Below are positions 35,158 through 37,568 of a stretch of 37,568 nucleotides of DNA, piece after piece. The stretch lies in the IMG/VR virus record IMGVR_UViG_3300018031_000015, positions 1 to 37,568 of that record; one strand, given 5' to 3'. The position numbers were made by a program, and so were the translations under genes. Below the pieces are notes generated by a model, which was given only the letters and a program-made list of their open reading frames with translations, was not told the origin of the DNA and did not search any database. This stretch comes from a virus. Lineage: Duplodnaviria > Caudoviricetes. The stretch's first letter is position 1; the number at the start of each line of letters is the position of its first letter.

Positions 35158-36650
35158 GCTGCCCTCAATATGCTGCCCATCACCTTAGCCGGATAAATGT
35201 GCTTGACGCCCTTGCGCGTCGTGACCGCGCGCGGCTCGATCTTTTCGACGTCCTGCGCCATCGGCCCGACATGCGTGGTTGAGGCCGGGTCGTCCTTGTA
35301 GGCGTACTGATAGATCGGCAGCTCCTTCGGCTCGCCGTCGTGGCCGGCCGCGAACACCGTGCCCATCTTCGGTCCGACGTCCTTGACGCGCACGTCCGAC
35401 ATGATCGCCGCACCGCCGAGCTTGCCGCCGAGGCCGAGCAGTCCGCCCATCGTCGACTGCCAATTCGAGTTGGCGGCCTGATAATTCTGGCTCTGTTGCG
35501 CAAAATTCTGGTTGATCAGCCCGCCGATGTCGGTGGTGGCGATCTGGCTCTGCGGCGAGTTGAGCCAGTTCGGGTTCTGCACCTGGCTGCCGCTCATCAG
35601 CGCCGAGATCTCGTTCAGCGGCTGGTTGCGCTGCTGGTACTGCTCCTGCATGTACTGATTGCGCGCCGCGTTCTGCGCGTTGAAGCCGCTCTGCTGCTGC
35701 GCCAGCTGCTGCGCCAGGCCGGCATTGCCGAAGCCGGCCAGGGCCGCGTTCTGCGAGTTTTGCTGCTGCTGCGCGGCGTTGGCGAACGAGCCGGCACCGA
35801 GCATCTGGCTGTAGTTTTGCAGCTGCGCCTGGTTGGCGAACTCGCCGCGGCCCTGCGCCTGCTGGTAGGCCTGCATCTGCGCGGCATTCTGGAAACCCGC
35901 CTGTTTGGCGGCCATGTCGTTCATGCGCGCCTGCTCTTGGCCGGCCTGGCTGATGGCGCCGAACCGCGTGTCGGTGGCCTGGCGGTTATAGTCGTCCATC
36001 GCGCTGGTATAGGCCTGGCTGCCGTAGCGAATGCCTTGATCCGCAAGGCGCTGCTCGATGTTGGTGCGCTCGCGCGCCAGCTGCGGGTTCATCCGCGCCA
36101 TCAGGCTATCTTCAACGCGCTGGCGATCGGCGGAGAAGTTGTCCTCCGGTCCATAACTGCGCGTGATGTCGCCGGCGTCGCCGAACGTGCTTTGCGCCTG
36201 CCCGTAGTCGCCGAGGCTCGACTGGATTGGCCCGCCGGTGTCGTAGCTGGTCGCAGCCCCGGGCACACCCATGATGCCGGCGGCGTTGCCGGCGCCAGGC
36301 GCGCCGGCGCCAGGCTGGAACGCGGTGTTAAGCAGACTGGAGATGCTGGCCGACTGTGAATTAGCCAGGCCGGCCAGGTTCATCTTGGCGGCGTCGGTCT
36401 GCGAGCGGATCGCCTGGCTCTGCGGCGACAGCGACTGCGTGCTCGTAAAGGTCGGGATCTGGTAGGTCTGCCCGGTCGACGGATCGGTCCAGCCGTAATT
36501 GCCGGTGACGTCATAGCGCAGGCTGCCGTCCGGCGTGTTCTGGTTGACGTTGTTGAGGAACGCGTTCGCCACCCCCGTCGAGACGTTGGTGCCGGTCTGC
36601 GCGGCCGCGGTCTGGTAGGGATTAGGAGGCGTTGGAGCATCCGGTTTCAA
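35154..36650 (-). CDS. Q/N-rich ejection/pilot protein with C-terminal S74-like domain
   Basis: TTG start with SD GAGGAG, Q/A/N-rich body, GGLLGLGG, SDVRVK, IYQYAYK, GPMAQDVEK. Confidence 0.7.
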   Translation of the reverse strand: MKPDAPTPPNPYQTAAAQTGTNVSTGVANAFLNNVNQNTPDGSLRYDVTGNYGWTDPSTGQTYQIPTFTSTQSLSPQSQAIRSQTDAAKMNLAGLANSQSASISSLLNTAFQPGAGAPGAGNAAGIMGVPGAATSYDTGGPIQSSLGDYGQAQSTFGDAGDITRSYGPEDNFSADRQRVEDSLMARMNPQLARERTNIEQRLADQGIRYGSQAYTSAMDDYNRQATDTRFGAISQAGQEQARMNDMAAKQAGFQNAAQMQAYQQAQGRGEFANQAQLQNYSQMLGAGSFANAAQQQQNSQNAALAGFGNAGLAQQLAQQQSGFNAQNAARNQYMQEQYQQRNQPLNEISALMSGSQVQNPNWLNSPQSQIATTDIGGLINQNFAQQSQNYQAANSNWQSTMGGLLGLGGKLGGAAIMSDVRVKDVGPKMGTVFAAGHDGEPKELPIYQYAYKDDPASTTHVGPMAQDVEKIEPRAVTTRKGVKHIYPAKVMGSILRAA

Positions 36651-36662
36651 AGGCGTATCTCC

Positions 36663-37019
36663 TCAATAACCTTGCGGCATTGGCGCTTGCTGCTGGGGCA
36701 TCGGCTGCTGTGGCATCTGCGGCGCCGCCCCCATGGCGCCCATCGCCTGCGCGCCCGGCTGCGCCATGCCTTGCATGGGAGGTTGTGGCGGCACCCCAGG
36801 CGAGAGTGGCATCGCGGCTGGCGGCATCCCGCCGCCGACTGGCGCGCCTTGCGGCGGCGCGCCTGGCGGCGGCATTTGCGGCGTGCCCATCTGCTGCATG
36901 GGCTGCTGCGGCAGCTGCGGGATCTGGGTCTGCGGCTGCGGCTGCGCGATGTTCATCAGCGCGCTTGCGATGCCGTTGCGCTGGCTGTTCTGGGCAGGGT
37001 TGAGGTATGCGGCGGACAT
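36663..37019 (-). CDS. P/Q/M-rich low-complexity protein
   Basis: 118 aa, TGATG-coupled, N-terminal QRNGIASALMNI. Confidence 0.55.
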   Translation of the reverse strand: MSAAYLNPAQNSQRNGIASALMNIAQPQPQTQIPQLPQQPMQQMGTPQMPPPGAPPQGAPVGGGMPPAAMPLSPGVPPQPPMQGMAQPGAQAMGAMGAAPQMPQQPMPQQQAPMPQGY

Positions 37020-37510
37020 CAGGCAGCCTCCAGGGGGAGCGACAGCTGCACCGGAGCGGCGCTGCGATGCCGTTGATTAAATCGATTTGCGACCCAGTCC
37101 TCGATCGTCAGCGTGCCGATCACACCGTCGCGATCGCGTCCGAGCATGCGCGGCACCGGGATCAGGCTGTAGCCGAAACGCGACATCATGTAGAGCTGCC
37201 GCTCGTCGTCGGCCGGCACGCGGTTGACCACCATCTGGCAGCGCAGCTGCAGGAACGGGTAGCCGTACATCTGCCGCAGCGTCTCGCGCGTCATCCAGTA
37301 GCGGCCGGGCAGTGCTGCGCCACTGATCTCGATCACGCCCGCCTCGGGCTGGAAGCCGTGATAGACCAGGCCGGCGATCAGGTGACCTTGCTCGTCGATC
37401 ACGCCGATCGCGGCCGCGGCCTTCGGCAGGCCGCGGCCGTGGCAGTCGGGGATCAGCGCCGCCACGAAGGGCGCGACGATCTCGGGGTGGTCGTAGACGT
37501 AGCGCAGCAT
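37019..37510 (-). CDS. GNAT-fold acetyltransferase-like virion assembly protein
   Basis: AIGVID..LIAGLVY..IEIS..MYGYPF..SRFGY, sits before the ejection genes like T7 gp13-type genes. Confidence 0.7.
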   Translation of the reverse strand: MLRYVYDHPEIVAPFVAALIPDCHGRGLPKAAAAIGVIDEQGHLIAGLVYHGFQPEAGVIEISGAALPGRYWMTRETLRQMYGYPFLQLRCQMVVNRVPADDERQLYMMSRFGYSLIPVPRMLGRDRDGVIGTLTIEDWVANRFNQRHRSAAPVQLSLPLEAA

Positions 37511-37521
37511 CGATCACTCCT

Positions 37522-37568
37522 CTACCAGGGCGAGTTTTCGCCGCCGGGGCCGGGGCCAGGGCCGGGAC
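37522..37568 (-). CDS. 3' end of an upstream gene, truncated
   Basis: Reads ...PGPGPGPGGENSPW* just before the SD AGGAG of the GNAT gene. Confidence 0.35.
   Translation of the reverse strand, partial: PGPGPGPGGENSPW

Noticed and set aside
36663-37019. Repetitive low-complexity DNA
   Set aside because: Explained by P/Q/M/G-rich coding sequence
1-37568. Stop-codon reassignment, introns or inteins in core genes
   Set aside because: Terminase, portal, capsid, polymerase, primase and helicase are intact and of ordinary size in the standard code

Overview
Most of the genome of a GC-rich tailed dsDNA phage with podovirus-like architecture. The host is probably an alphaproteobacterium, inferred from the GcrA homolog and the alphaproteobacterial-type Cro-like gene. 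The sequence looks circularly permuted. The minus-strand virion operon runs terS-terL-portal-accessory genes-scaffold-major capsid-adaptor-tail protein off position 1, and appears to resume at the right end (GNAT, ejection proteins, tail fibre, small membrane genes). The middle holds small early genes, a primase-helicase next to an iteron-flanked origin candidate, a replication block (VRR-NUC, DUF2800, putative SSB, PolA, two HNH-like genes, SNF2 helicase), GcrA, a symmetric divergent promoter and a Mom-like DNA-modification gene. I recognised no integrase, CI-type repressor, endolysin, tRNA or CRISPR array. The most notable items are the origin-like inverted iteron array, a head-module cassette (ADP-ribosyltransferase-like protein plus a beta-signal mini-protein), the GcrA/Mom pairing, an 82-bp tandem duplication upstream of terS and several repeated regulatory motifs. 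All family assignments come from recalled motifs, not database searches.
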